Shown piece after piece: positions 33,797-43,447 of a DNA stretch of 58,025 nucleotides. Source of the stretch: an uncultured Bdellovibrionales bacterium. Its GTDB lineage: Bacteria > Patescibacteriota > Minisyncoccia > Moranbacterales > JAKLHP01. Both the position numbers and the translations under genes were made by a program. The stretch's first letter is position 1. Every line of letters starts with the position of its first letter. The notes beneath the pieces are model-generated. The model did not search any database. It was not told where the DNA came from and saw nothing but the letters and a program-made list of their open reading frames with translations. The stretch is taken from contig CAYTRS010000001.1 of NCBI GenBank assembly GCA_964440305.1, positions 1 through 58,025 of the forward strand, written 5' to 3'.

Positions 33797-34561
33797 ATGA
33801 GTAGATATGCATTCTTGAGGAAAACGAAGAATTTACTAAGAAACTGGATAAAAAGCCTAAAAAAGTCAAAAATTAACAAAAAACATGCAAAAATAACCCT
33901 GATAATTATTCTGGGCTGTTTTTTTTGCGGGCAGATTTTGAGTCTGAATAATGAATCTTACCGCCAAGATTATCAGCTGGTGAAGCCGAAAGTCTTTGAT
34001 CAAGCAGAAATTGAGGATATTAAGATTAAGCTGGCTATGAGCGGGGATATTTCTGAAAGCAATATCGCTTTTTCCGAAATTATTCCGGAGGAAAGTCAAA
34101 GAGATAATGTAGAAAAGGGACTCTATGAACTTGTTGGAGACTATCCTATCAAGGAAATGATTCCGGAAATACGCAAATATGATCGGGAAACTGCTGCTTT
34201 CATCATCGGGATTGCCAAGAAGGAAAGTAACTGGGGAAAAAGGTCTCCGTCCAAAAACGGACTGGATTGCTACAATTATTGGGGATATAAGGGTGCCGGA
34301 AGCCGAGGAATAGCTATGGGGCACGGATGCTTCGGTAGCCCGGAAGAAGGAGTACAGATGGTCGGAAATAGGATTTCAAATCTTTTGGATCAGAATTTGA
34401 ATACCCCGGCAAAGCTTATCGTCTGGAAATGCGGAAGAAGCTGTGCCGGACATGATCCAGCTTCGGTCACAAAATGGATCAGTGACGTGAACTTGTATTA
34501 CAACAAGGTTAAAAGCATCCATTCAGAAAAAACAATTTCCTATAACTTTCAAAATAAATAA
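33797..34561 (+). CDS. Membrane-anchored protein with 4-Cys 'KKESNWG/CYNYWGY/WKCG' domain (paralog 2)
   Basis: N-terminal anchor ITLIIILGCFFCGQILSL. C-domain GDYPIKEMIPEI...IAKKESNWGKRSPSKNGLDCYNYWGYKG...GCF...LIVWKCGRSCAGH...KWISDVNLYY. Confidence 0.6.
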   Translation: MSRYAFLRKTKNLLRNWIKSLKKSKINKKHAKITLIIILGCFFCGQILSLNNESYRQDYQLVKPKVFDQAEIEDIKIKLAMSGDISESNIAFSEIIPEESQRDNVEKGLYELVGDYPIKEMIPEIRKYDRETAAFIIGIAKKESNWGKRSPSKNGLDCYNYWGYKGAGSRGIAMGHGCFGSPEEGVQMVGNRISNLLDQNLNTPAKLIVWKCGRSCAGHDPASVTKWISDVNLYYNKVKSIHSEKTISYNFQNK

Positions 34562-34580
34562 AGTTAAATAGCTTTCAAAA

Positions 34581-34612
34581 AAGGCGATGTGGAAGAATGC
34601 ATCGCCTTTTAT
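34581..34612 (+). terminator. Rho-independent terminator
   Basis: 9-bp perfect stem aaggcgatg / catcgcctt, a 10-nt loop, and a T-rich tail. Confidence 0.6.
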
Positions 34613-34658
34613 TATTAAGCGGTTTTTGTTGGGGAGAGTTTTGGTGTAAAATGAAACT

Positions 34659-35861
34659 ATGACAGAAGAAGACAAAAAATTTCCAAAAGATTTCTTGTGG
34701 GGAACTGCAACTTCTTCCTATCAAATAGAGGGGAATAATTTCAATTCCGATTGGTGGAAGTGGGAAGAAGAGGGAAAGACTAAAGAAAAATCCGGAAAAG
34801 CTTGCGATTATTGGAATAAATATCAAAAATACCATGACTATCTTTCAGAACTTGGAGTGAAATCTTTCCGTTTGTCTTTGGAGTGGTCGCGGATTGAGCC
34901 GAGAGAAGGAGAATTTTCGCAAGATTCAGTAAGGCATTACAGGGAAATTTTAGAGGACCTTAAAAAAAGAAATATTAAAGTTATTTTGACTCTTTGGCAC
35001 TGGACCAGTCCGATTTGGTTTTCAGAAAAATATGGATTTCACAAAAAAGAATCTGTTGAGATTTTCAAAAAATATGTGGAATTTTCTGTCAAAAAATTAG
35101 GCGACTTGGTGGATGTTTATGTGGTTCTCAATGAGCCGATGGTTCCATTGGGAATGGGTTATCTTACTGGAAAGTTTCCTCCGGGATATAAAAACATTTT
35201 TAAATTCTGGAAAGCGCTTTCTAATTTGGCGGAGGCTTATCGCGAATCTTATAGGGTAATACATGCCGTTAAAAAAGATTCAGTTGTTGGAATAAGTTAT
35301 TTATACAATTGGTATGATGCTGAAGGATTGGGTTTTTTCTTGAAAATTGCCGATGGAGTTTCAAGATGGTTCAGGATAACCGCTTTTGGAAATAAAATAA
35401 AAGGATGTGAGGATTACTATGGAGTTGATTACTATCGTCTCGGAAAAATAAAATTTGATCCTAAAAATTCAATGTATTTGGGGTTCAGGATTGAGGAAGA
35501 TGAAAACAATGTGATGAAATGGGTGTCCTATCCCGAAGGAATCTACAAGACATTGAAAGAGGCTTGGAAGAGGACAAAACTCCCAATTTATATTATGGAA
35601 AACGGAATGCCGGATGATTTGAAGTTGGATGATCCGGAAAGGGTGAAGTTTTTGCGTGCTCATCTTTTTCAGGTTCAAAAAGCCATTTCTGAAGGGGTGG
35701 ATGTAAAAGGATACAATTACTGGTCTCTTATGGATAATTATGAGTGGGGAACTTTTCATTTTCGCTTCGGGCTTTTACAAATGGATTATGATAAAATTGA
35801 AGCAACTCCAAGGAGAAGCTTTTATGAATATCAAAAAATAATCAAGCAAAACTCTCTATGA
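34659..35861 (+). CDS. Glycoside hydrolase family 1 (beta-glucosidase-like)
   Basis: N-terminal GH1 signature FPKDFLWGTATSSYQIEG, acid/base LNEP, and nucleophile YIMENG. Confidence 0.85.
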   Translation: MTEEDKKFPKDFLWGTATSSYQIEGNNFNSDWWKWEEEGKTKEKSGKACDYWNKYQKYHDYLSELGVKSFRLSLEWSRIEPREGEFSQDSVRHYREILEDLKKRNIKVILTLWHWTSPIWFSEKYGFHKKESVEIFKKYVEFSVKKLGDLVDVYVVLNEPMVPLGMGYLTGKFPPGYKNIFKFWKALSNLAEAYRESYRVIHAVKKDSVVGISYLYNWYDAEGLGFFLKIADGVSRWFRITAFGNKIKGCEDYYGVDYYRLGKIKFDPKNSMYLGFRIEEDENNVMKWVSYPEGIYKTLKEAWKRTKLPIYIMENGMPDDLKLDDPERVKFLRAHLFQVQKAISEGVDVKGYNYWSLMDNYEWGTFHFRFGLLQMDYDKIEATPRRSFYEYQKIIKQNSL

Positions 35862-36796
35862 ATTGGATTTCTATTTCCGTGTTTTCCTATTTTTTAGTCG
35901 CAATTGCGGTTGTTTTGGATAAGTTCCTTTTAAGCTCCGGAAGAATTTCCAAGCCGCATGTCTATTCATTTTATATTGGAGTTCTGGGCCTGGGCTCTCT
36001 GATTCTGCTGCCTTTCGGGTTCTATATCCCTTCAAAATTCCAGATATTTACTAGCCTTATCTCAGGAATATTTTTCACATTGGGGATCCTAGTGCTTTAT
36101 TTCGCTATTAGGAAATCTAGGATTAGCCAAGTGGCTCCTTTGGCAGGAGCGGTTATCCCCGTTTTCAGCTATCTTTTTTCTTTCGCTTTGGTCAGAGAAT
36201 ATTTTGGATTCCGGGAAATTTCGGGCATTGTTATTCTGATTTTGGGAGGACTGCTTATCTCTTTTGATCTGCCCTTTAAGATGAACAAAAGAAAATTCTT
36301 TTCCGGTTTTTATCAGACTATTTTTTCCAGTATTTTATTGGCACTGGCTTATTCGATTTTCAAATACGTTTATGAAGAGCAAACTTTCATCAACGGATTC
36401 ATTTGGACCAGATTCGGAATGGCTATTTGCATTTGCAGTTTTTTCCTGATTCCGCAGTGGCGAAAAGACATCATTGAAAGCCTTAAGAGATTTAAAAATC
36501 CTGAGAAAATAAAATATCAGACTGGGATTCTTTTTTTAGGAAACAAAATAATTGCCGGAACCGGTTCGTTGCTTATCAATTATGCGATTTCCTTGGGAAG
36601 CGTCACGCTGGTCAGTTCTTTGGCATCTATCCAATATGCTTTTGTGATTTTCCTTTCCATTCTCGCTTCCGGAAAATACCCTTCCATTTTCAATGAAAGG
36701 ATTTTATTCTGGGATTGGATGCAAAAATTCGGAGCGATTCTTGTAATCGCGGCCGGAATTTACCTGGTGTCGGGAAGTATAATATATCAATACTAG
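35858..36796 (+). CDS. DMT/EamA-like transporter family membrane protein
   Basis: ~10 TM helices arranged as two 5-TM halves. ATGA-type overlap with the GH1 gene. Confidence 0.6.
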   Translation: MNWISISVFSYFLVAIAVVLDKFLLSSGRISKPHVYSFYIGVLGLGSLILLPFGFYIPSKFQIFTSLISGIFFTLGILVLYFAIRKSRISQVAPLAGAVIPVFSYLFSFALVREYFGFREISGIVILILGGLLISFDLPFKMNKRKFFSGFYQTIFSSILLALAYSIFKYVYEEQTFINGFIWTRFGMAICICSFFLIPQWRKDIIESLKRFKNPEKIKYQTGILFLGNKIIAGTGSLLINYAISLGSVTLVSSLASIQYAFVIFLSILASGKYPSIFNERILFWDWMQKFGAILVIAAGIYLVSGSIIYQY

Positions 36797-36933
36797 AAAA
36801 GTGAAAAGTTACCTTAGAATTTCGAATTTAGTATCTGGAACCCGGAATATTCATTCTCATTCTATATCCTAAATGCCATATTCTAAATCCTAATCAGCTT
36901 TACGTTTTTTGCTTTAAGCCCTCATTTTGCATT

Positions 36934-37941
36934 ATGCTTAAGTTTGTCCTAAAAAAAACATTCAAAATACTGCAGATTGCCGTTTTGCTGATAGTCGGTT
37001 TTTTTGTTTATTTTAATCTTCCCGTGAAAACTCCGGAAAATGATTTTGATTTGGGAGTAACCTTTTCTTCGCGCTACGCGCAGGACATCGGACTTGATTG
37101 GCAAGAAGCGTATCTGGCTATTCTTGACGATCTGGGGGTAAGGAAGATAAGAGTCGTTGCTTATTGGGATTTAATAGAAAGGGAAGAAGGAAAATATGAT
37201 TTTTCTGATGTTGATTTCCAGCTTCAGGAAGCGCAAAAAAGGAATGCAGAAATTGTTCTGGCGATAGGGCAAAAAGTTCCCCGTTGGCCGGAATGCCATA
37301 TTCCGCAATGGGCAAAAGAGGATGATGGGAAAAGAAAGGAAGGGCTGATTGAATTTGTTGAAACCGCGGTGGACAGATATAAAGGCAATAAGACAATCAA
37401 ATATTGGCAGGTAGAAAACGAACCTTTTTTGAATTTCGGAATCTGTCCCGTACTTGATGTGGAGCTGCTAGACAAGGAAATAGCAACGGTTAAAAGCAAA
37501 GACAGTCGTCCGGTTATTATTACCGACAGCGGAGAATTGAGCCTCTGGGTGCAGTCGGCGAGAAGGGCGGACGTTTTTGGAACTACGCTTTATCGAGAAG
37601 TTTACAGCCAAAAGGCTGGAGGCTATTGGAAATATCCAATCGGCCCGAACTTCTTTAAATTCAAGCAATGGATAATAAAAAAGTTTGCCAAGCAGGAAAA
37701 CATCATTATAGTCGAGCTTCAAGGCGAACCTTGGATAGGAGGATGGACAGTTGACTTTCCATTGGAAAAGCAATTTGAATCGATGAATGAGGAAAAACTT
37801 GAAGGAAGTGTCAAGTTTGCCAGAAAAACCGGATTTGAGGAAGCGTACCTTTGGGGAGCCGAGTGGTGGTATTGGCTCAAAATAAAAGAAGACAATCCGC
37901 AGCTTTGGGAAAAATCCAAGGCGCTATTTTCCGAATACTAA
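36934..37941 (+). CDS. Membrane-anchored clan GH-A (TIM-barrel; GH5/GH42-like) glycoside hydrolase
   Basis: N-terminal TM. IKYWQVENEPF (acid/base NEP motif) and later VELQGEPW (candidate nucleophile E). Family assignment is tentative. Confidence 0.55.
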   Translation: MLKFVLKKTFKILQIAVLLIVGFFVYFNLPVKTPENDFDLGVTFSSRYAQDIGLDWQEAYLAILDDLGVRKIRVVAYWDLIEREEGKYDFSDVDFQLQEAQKRNAEIVLAIGQKVPRWPECHIPQWAKEDDGKRKEGLIEFVETAVDRYKGNKTIKYWQVENEPFLNFGICPVLDVELLDKEIATVKSKDSRPVIITDSGELSLWVQSARRADVFGTTLYREVYSQKAGGYWKYPIGPNFFKFKQWIIKKFAKQENIIIVELQGEPWIGGWTVDFPLEKQFESMNEEKLEGSVKFARKTGFEEAYLWGAEWWYWLKIKEDNPQLWEKSKALFSEY

Positions 37942-37988
37942 AATAATAGTATGATATAATAAATTAGAAGTTAAAGATCCTTTAGTTT

Positions 37989-39134
37989 ATGTTCCAAAAC
38001 AAAAAACACAAAACAATAATCAAAATATTGATAGGAATAAGTTTATTTTTTCTGCTTCTTACAATTTTTTCCGCGCTGATTTATTTTTATCCGAAATTTT
38101 TTAGATCGGAAGCAACGTTGTCGCTTGAACATGTCATAGATCCCCAGGAGCCGGTGGAAATCAAATTTTCAAGACCCATGATTTCCTGGGCAGCCTCAGG
38201 AAAGATTGAAATAAGCCCCGGAGAAGAAGTGGATTTTTTATGGGAAGATTTCAATAGAAAGCTCTATCTTTATCCGAAGGGCCACTGGGACCTTGAAAAA
38301 AAATATAGCATCAAAATTAACGGCTTGAGAAATGTGATTTTCCTAAGGACTGATGCCAGATTTTCTTTTGAAACTAAAAAATATCCCCAGATGACCGATC
38401 TTTATCCGAAAAACGAGGCAAAAGATGTCATGATCGGCATGGAAGACCCCATTTTGATCACTTTTGACAAACCCATTGACGACTTCAAAATAAAGTTCAC
38501 TATTAATCCTTCAGTGGAAATGGTTTATCAGGTGGACCCTAAAATTAAAAGAGTGAGACTTTTGCCGAAAGAGGAACTGAAAAAAGGCGAGAAATACGTT
38601 CTTAAAATATATATTCGCCATAAGGTAGAGCCGGAGGAAAGCTTTCAGCTTATTTCCCAAACCAGTTTTGAAACGAACGCTCCCAAGCCCTTAGATCCAA
38701 AAACGAATGTAACTGTTCGGTTGGAACAGGCAAGGAAAGGCACTACTCCCCAGATAAAAGAAGGAAAATATATTGATATTAATCTCAAAGCTCAGATAAT
38801 GGTAATATTTGAAAACGGAAAAGCCCTGGATTCATTTCTTGTCTCTTCGGGTAAAAGAGGGATGGAAACTCCGCAGGGATCGTTTCAGGTTTATAACAAG
38901 CATTCCCGGACTTGGTCTAGCAAGTACAAACTTTATATGCCGTACTGGATGGCATTTGTAAGTTCGGGAAAATTTGGAATTCATGAACTTCCCGAATGGC
39001 CCGGAGGATACAAAGAAGGAGCGAATCATTTGGGAATTCCGGTTTCCCATGGATGCGTCCGGCTCGGAGTCGGACCTGCGGAAAAAGTTTACAACTGGGC
39101 GGAGATCGGAACCCCGGTTGTAATACACACGTAA
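37989..39134 (+). CDS. L,D-transpeptidase (YkuD domain) with N-terminal Ig-like domains
   Basis: The C-terminus FGIHELPEW...GIPVSHGCVRLGVGPAEKVYNW contains the YkuD catalytic H...SHGC(V/I)R motif. Confidence 0.8.
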   Translation: MFQNKKHKTIIKILIGISLFFLLLTIFSALIYFYPKFFRSEATLSLEHVIDPQEPVEIKFSRPMISWAASGKIEISPGEEVDFLWEDFNRKLYLYPKGHWDLEKKYSIKINGLRNVIFLRTDARFSFETKKYPQMTDLYPKNEAKDVMIGMEDPILITFDKPIDDFKIKFTINPSVEMVYQVDPKIKRVRLLPKEELKKGEKYVLKIYIRHKVEPEESFQLISQTSFETNAPKPLDPKTNVTVRLEQARKGTTPQIKEGKYIDINLKAQIMVIFENGKALDSFLVSSGKRGMETPQGSFQVYNKHSRTWSSKYKLYMPYWMAFVSSGKFGIHELPEWPGGYKEGANHLGIPVSHGCVRLGVGPAEKVYNWAEIGTPVVIHT

Positions 39135-39150
39135 TTTTTATATTAAAAAT

Positions 39151-40113
39151 ATGCAAGAAAAATTACCTAGCTATGCTTTGAAAAAAGCAAGTGTAATAAT
39201 CGGCATTGTGGCGATTCTGGCTGTTTTGCTAGGATTGCTGCTTTTCGCCCTTCGGGGTAGCGAGGATGAATGGATTTGCCAGAATGGGAAATGGATAAAA
39301 CACGGAAACCCTGGAAATCCCAAGCCGACTTCCGGATGTGAAAAAGAGGAAGTTTTAAACGGTAAGGAAAAAAATGCCGATTCGGAGAATGGACAAACGC
39401 ACTTTAATATGATAAGAATAGATGAACCAAAAGATGGAGCAGAAGTTTCCAGCCCTTTGGAAATTATCGGAGAAGCGCGGGGAACTTGGTTTTTCGAAGG
39501 AGATTTTCCGATTGAAATTATTGATGAAAAAGGGAAGTCAATTGCCATTGCTCCCGCTGGGGCGCTTGGAGAATGGATGAAAGAAGACTTTGTTCCGTTT
39601 CGGGCAGTGCTTGATTTTTCTAAAACCTCAGGAAGCGGAAAAATAATTATAAGAGAAGATAATCCTGCCGGTGAAACGGAAGAAGATCTGAGAAGGGTTG
39701 AAATTCCAGTAAAATTTACTGCGCCTAAAAATCAGATAGTCAGAGTTTATTTCTCTAATTCATACTACAATTCTGGAACAAACAGTTGTAGCGGGGTTTA
39801 TGAGGTGAAAAGAATAATTCCTAAAACACAGGCTCCCGCCAGAGCGGCTCTTGAAGAACTGCTTTCTGGACCGACGAAACTTGAGGAAAAGGGAAAATTT
39901 TCCACTAATATTAATTCAGGAGTCGAAATTCAAAATTTAAAAATAGAAAACGGAATAGCTAAAGTTGATTTTAGCGATCAACTTCAAAAAGCGGTGGGAG
40001 GATCTTGCCGCGTTACGGCGATTCGTGCTCAGATAACAGAAACCCTGAAGCAATTTTCTAGCGTAAAAGAAGTCATCATTTCTATTAATGGAAAAACAGA
40101 AGAAATCTTTTAG
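39151..40113 (+). CDS. Gmad2 Ig-like + GerMN domain lipoprotein-like protein
   Basis: SSPLEIIGEARGTWFFEGDFPIEIIDEKG (Gmad2-like), then VRVYFSN...C..VYEVKRIIPKTQAPARAALEELLSGPT (GerMN-like). Confidence 0.6.
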   Translation: MQEKLPSYALKKASVIIGIVAILAVLLGLLLFALRGSEDEWICQNGKWIKHGNPGNPKPTSGCEKEEVLNGKEKNADSENGQTHFNMIRIDEPKDGAEVSSPLEIIGEARGTWFFEGDFPIEIIDEKGKSIAIAPAGALGEWMKEDFVPFRAVLDFSKTSGSGKIIIREDNPAGETEEDLRRVEIPVKFTAPKNQIVRVYFSNSYYNSGTNSCSGVYEVKRIIPKTQAPARAALEELLSGPTKLEEKGKFSTNINSGVEIQNLKIENGIAKVDFSDQLQKAVGGSCRVTAIRAQITETLKQFSSVKEVIISINGKTEEIF

Positions 40114-40232
40114 CCCTAAATTGCACGTTCTCCAAAGTGAAATTTTTTGCCTTTTTCTTTGGTATTACGGAGTATTGTGGCAATGTAAGCCTTTCGTCAA
40201 AAAAGGGTAATATTTTTTTAAAGCTTCAATAA

Positions 40233-42068
40233 ATGGATTCGGTTTTGGAAGAAATACGCTCCAGGATAAACATAGTCGATCTTATAAGCGAATATATCAG
40301 AGTTCAAAAAGCAGGCGCTAGTTGGAAAGCGCTTTGTCCTTTTCATCATGAAAAAACTCCTTCTTTTATAATTAGCGAAGAAAAGCAAATTTGGCATTGC
40401 TTCGGTTGCGGAAAAGGAGGGGATATTTTTGGTTTTTTGATGGAGATGGAAAGCCTGGAATTCAAAGAAGCGCTCAAAATTCTGGCTGGGAAGGCAGGGG
40501 TCATACTTTCCAAGAACAAATTTGATAACTCAGAAAACAAAACCAAGATTTTGGAAATTTTGGAGCTAGCTACCAAGTTTTATGAAAAGCAGCTATGGGA
40601 AGGAATGGGAAGAAAAAAAATCCTGCCCTATTTTGAAAAAAGGGGACTCAAGGAAGGAATAATCCGTGAGTTTAGAGTGGGCTATGCCCCTTTAGGATGG
40701 AGGAATTTACTGGAATTTTTAACCGGAAGAGGTTATTCAGTACAAGATATCTTCAAATCCGGTCTATTGGTGAATAAATCAAGTCAGATACTTGATACAA
40801 GCCATGAGTTATCTAACTCGCTGATTCAAGGCGGGCAAGCCACAAACTACTACGATCGTTTCCGTGACCGGATTATGTTTCCAATTGCAGACATTATGGG
40901 GCACATAATCGGATTTTCTGGAAGAGTTTCTCCCGGAGGAGACGAATCGAGCGCCAAATACGTAAATACCCCGGAAACCTCGGTTTACCATAAAAGTAGT
41001 GTCCTTTATGGCATAGATAAAGCAAAAAAGGAAATAAAAGACAAGAAGTTCACCCTGCTTGTTGAAGGTAATATTGACGTAATCGCTTCGCATCAGGCAG
41101 GAATAAGGAATACGGTGGCAGTTTCTGGAACAGCTTTAACGCCGTCACAGTTAGATATAATCAAAAGGTATGCCGGCAAAATAAAAATGCTTTATGACAT
41201 GGACAGCGCCGGGCAAGAAGCTTCCCTGAGGGGAGCCTTTCTTTGTTTCCAAAGAGGAATGGATGTTGATATTGTGAAACTTTCAGGAGGAAAAGATGCC
41301 TCGGAAGCGGTAGAAAAAAATCCCCAGTCTCTCATAGATTCCGTGAATAGCTCCATTCCAGCCATGGAACACTTAATCGGAACAATTCTTGAAAAACATG
41401 GCAAAGAAAAAGCAGAAAACAAAAAAGTCATTGTTTCCGAATTCCTGGACATTATCCAAAATTTTAGCAATCCGGTTGAGAAGGAATACTGGATAAAAGA
41501 TTTTTCCCAAAAAACGGGAATTGAAGAAAAAAATATAATAGACTTGGCCAATACCTCGGAGTTCAAAAAAGGGAAAAGTACGGCTTCCGAAGAATCGGAG
41601 GTGGAAGAAAGTAATACGCCCAAAGAAAGCAAGAAAGAGGCGATCAAAAGAAAAATAGCCGGACTGATTATTGCTAGCCCGATCCTATGGAAAAAAATAA
41701 TTGCCGATTTCCCAGAAAGTAGTATTCTAGAAAGTGAGGCAATCAGGATGATTTTAGCAAAAGGAAAAGAATCAGGCTTTGAATTCCAAAAATTCCTATT
41801 GGAATTGGGAGAACCCAAGCTTAAGGATTATTTTCAGAAAACTTATTTTGATGCCAAATATCAAAAGCAAAACAACGGAAAAATTTCAGAGAGGGAAGAG
41901 GATGAAATAAAATTCCTGTTTGAAACTTATTTTCAGGAACTCAAAAAGGAAATACGCAAGGAAAAAATGGTAACTATTCTGCAAGACATGCGGAAAGCGG
42001 AAGCAAGCGGAGACAGCGATAGCCTAAAAATGTTAATTGAAGAATTTTCAAAAATCTCCAAAGAATAA
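40233..42068 (+). CDS. dnaG: DNA primase
   Basis: Zinc-binding CPFHHEKTPSFIISEEKQIWHCFGCGKGGDIFGFLM, the RNAP domain, and Toprim LVEGNIDVIA...DMDSAGQEA. Confidence 0.88.
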   Translation: MDSVLEEIRSRINIVDLISEYIRVQKAGASWKALCPFHHEKTPSFIISEEKQIWHCFGCGKGGDIFGFLMEMESLEFKEALKILAGKAGVILSKNKFDNSENKTKILEILELATKFYEKQLWEGMGRKKILPYFEKRGLKEGIIREFRVGYAPLGWRNLLEFLTGRGYSVQDIFKSGLLVNKSSQILDTSHELSNSLIQGGQATNYYDRFRDRIMFPIADIMGHIIGFSGRVSPGGDESSAKYVNTPETSVYHKSSVLYGIDKAKKEIKDKKFTLLVEGNIDVIASHQAGIRNTVAVSGTALTPSQLDIIKRYAGKIKMLYDMDSAGQEASLRGAFLCFQRGMDVDIVKLSGGKDASEAVEKNPQSLIDSVNSSIPAMEHLIGTILEKHGKEKAENKKVIVSEFLDIIQNFSNPVEKEYWIKDFSQKTGIEEKNIIDLANTSEFKKGKSTASEESEVEESNTPKESKKEAIKRKIAGLIIASPILWKKIIADFPESSILESEAIRMILAKGKESGFEFQKFLLELGEPKLKDYFQKTYFDAKYQKQNNGKISEREEDEIKFLFETYFQELKKEIRKEKMVTILQDMRKAEASGDSDSLKMLIEEFSKISKE

Positions 42069-42311
42069 TAAAAATTAACCAAAAGCTGCTGGAAGCTGAA
42101 TTTGAGCTTGGGGCAGTTTGAATTTATGAAGAAAGGAAAAAAGAAAAATCGAAATTGGAAACTTTCAAGGGGAAAGAAAGAAAAAAATAACAAAAGAAAT
42201 TCCAAAAAAAATGTTTTCAGGCATGAAAAAAAGAAAAAGAAAAAAATAACAAAAGAAAAAAAATCAATAAGGAGAAAGGGAAGGCAGGAAAATCTGGAAA
42301 AAAGGGAGGGA

Positions 42312-43427
42312 ATGGAAGAAAAAGAAATTGACGGAGCTGTTTTGATAGAAGAATTGATTGCAAGAGGAAAACAAAGGGGATTTATTACGGAAGACGAGAT
42401 TATTCATGTTATGCCGGACATGGAAAGGGAACTGGAGGACCTCGAGAATCTTTATGAAAGACTGGAAACTTCGGGAATTAAAATTGTCAGCTCTGAAGGA
42501 ATGCTCGATATAGATTCCAAAAAAGAATCGGAAGAATATGAAAAAAAGAAAAAGCGCGGAAAGGGAAGCATTATTCTGGATGAAGAAATTCCCAGTGATT
42601 CTTATGATCTAGTCCAGATATACCTCCGGGAAATTGGAAGAGTTCCTCTTTTGAGCGCTGAGGAAGAAATAAAACTGGCCAAGGCGATTGAAAAGGGGGA
42701 TTTAGCGGCAAGAAAAAGACTGACGGAATCAAATTTGCGGCTAGTGGTGAGTATTGCCAAGAAATATGTTGGGCGCTCCCACAATCTTTCACTTTTGGAC
42801 CTGGTTCAAGAGGGAAATATCGGGCTTTTCCGAGCAGTGGAAAAATTCGATTATCATAAGGGTTATAAATTTTCTACCTATGCCACCTGGTGGATTAGGC
42901 AGGCGATAACCCGAGCATTGGCAGACCAGTCAAGAACTATCAGAATTCCTGTCCACATGGTGGAAACGATCAATAAATATACTCAAATTACCAGAAGACT
43001 CGTCCAAGAACTGGGAAGGGAGCCGCTTCCTGAAGAAATTGCGGCAGAAATGAACATAGATGTTGATAAAATAAGGCACATCCAAAAAATTTCCCAAGAA
43101 ACAGTTCCCCTGGAGACTCCTGTTGGAGGCAATGATGATGACAGCGTACTGGGGGATTTCATAGAAGATACGGAAACTGTGATGCCTTACCAATCTGCCT
43201 CTCGAAAGCTGCTCAAGAATCATATAACGGAAGTGCTGGATGAACTTACTCCAAGGGAGCAAAAAATTCTAAAAATCCGCTTCGGACTGGAAGACGGCAT
43301 CACTAGAACACTAGAAGAAGTTGGCCTGGAGTTCGGAGTTACCCGCGAACGCATCCGCCAAATTGAAGCCAAGGCGCTGGAAAAAATTCGGGCGCACCAG
43401 GCGATAAGAAAATTGAGGGACTACTAA
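42312..43427 (+). CDS. rpoD: RNA polymerase sigma-70 factor
   Basis: Regions 2-4: [60 protein letters not shown] and [24 protein letters not shown]. Start placed at ATG 42312 (preceded by GGGAGGG). The track ORF from 42102 adds a Lys-rich, repeat-derived extension that is probably untranslated. Confidence 0.8.
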   Translation: MEEKEIDGAVLIEELIARGKQRGFITEDEIIHVMPDMERELEDLENLYERLETSGIKIVSSEGMLDIDSKKESEEYEKKKKRGKGSIILDEEIPSDSYDLVQIYLREIGRVPLLSAEEEIKLAKAIEKGDLAARKRLTESNLRLVVSIAKKYVGRSHNLSLLDLVQEGNIGLFRAVEKFDYHKGYKFSTYATWWIRQAITRALADQSRTIRIPVHMVETINKYTQITRRLVQELGREPLPEEIAAEMNIDVDKIRHIQKISQETVPLETPVGGNDDDSVLGDFIEDTETVMPYQSASRKLLKNHITEVLDELTPREQKILKIRFGLEDGITRTLEEVGLEFGVTRERIRQIEAKALEKIRAHQAIRKLRDY

Positions 43428-43447
43428 ATTTGTGTTAATATTGGAAT

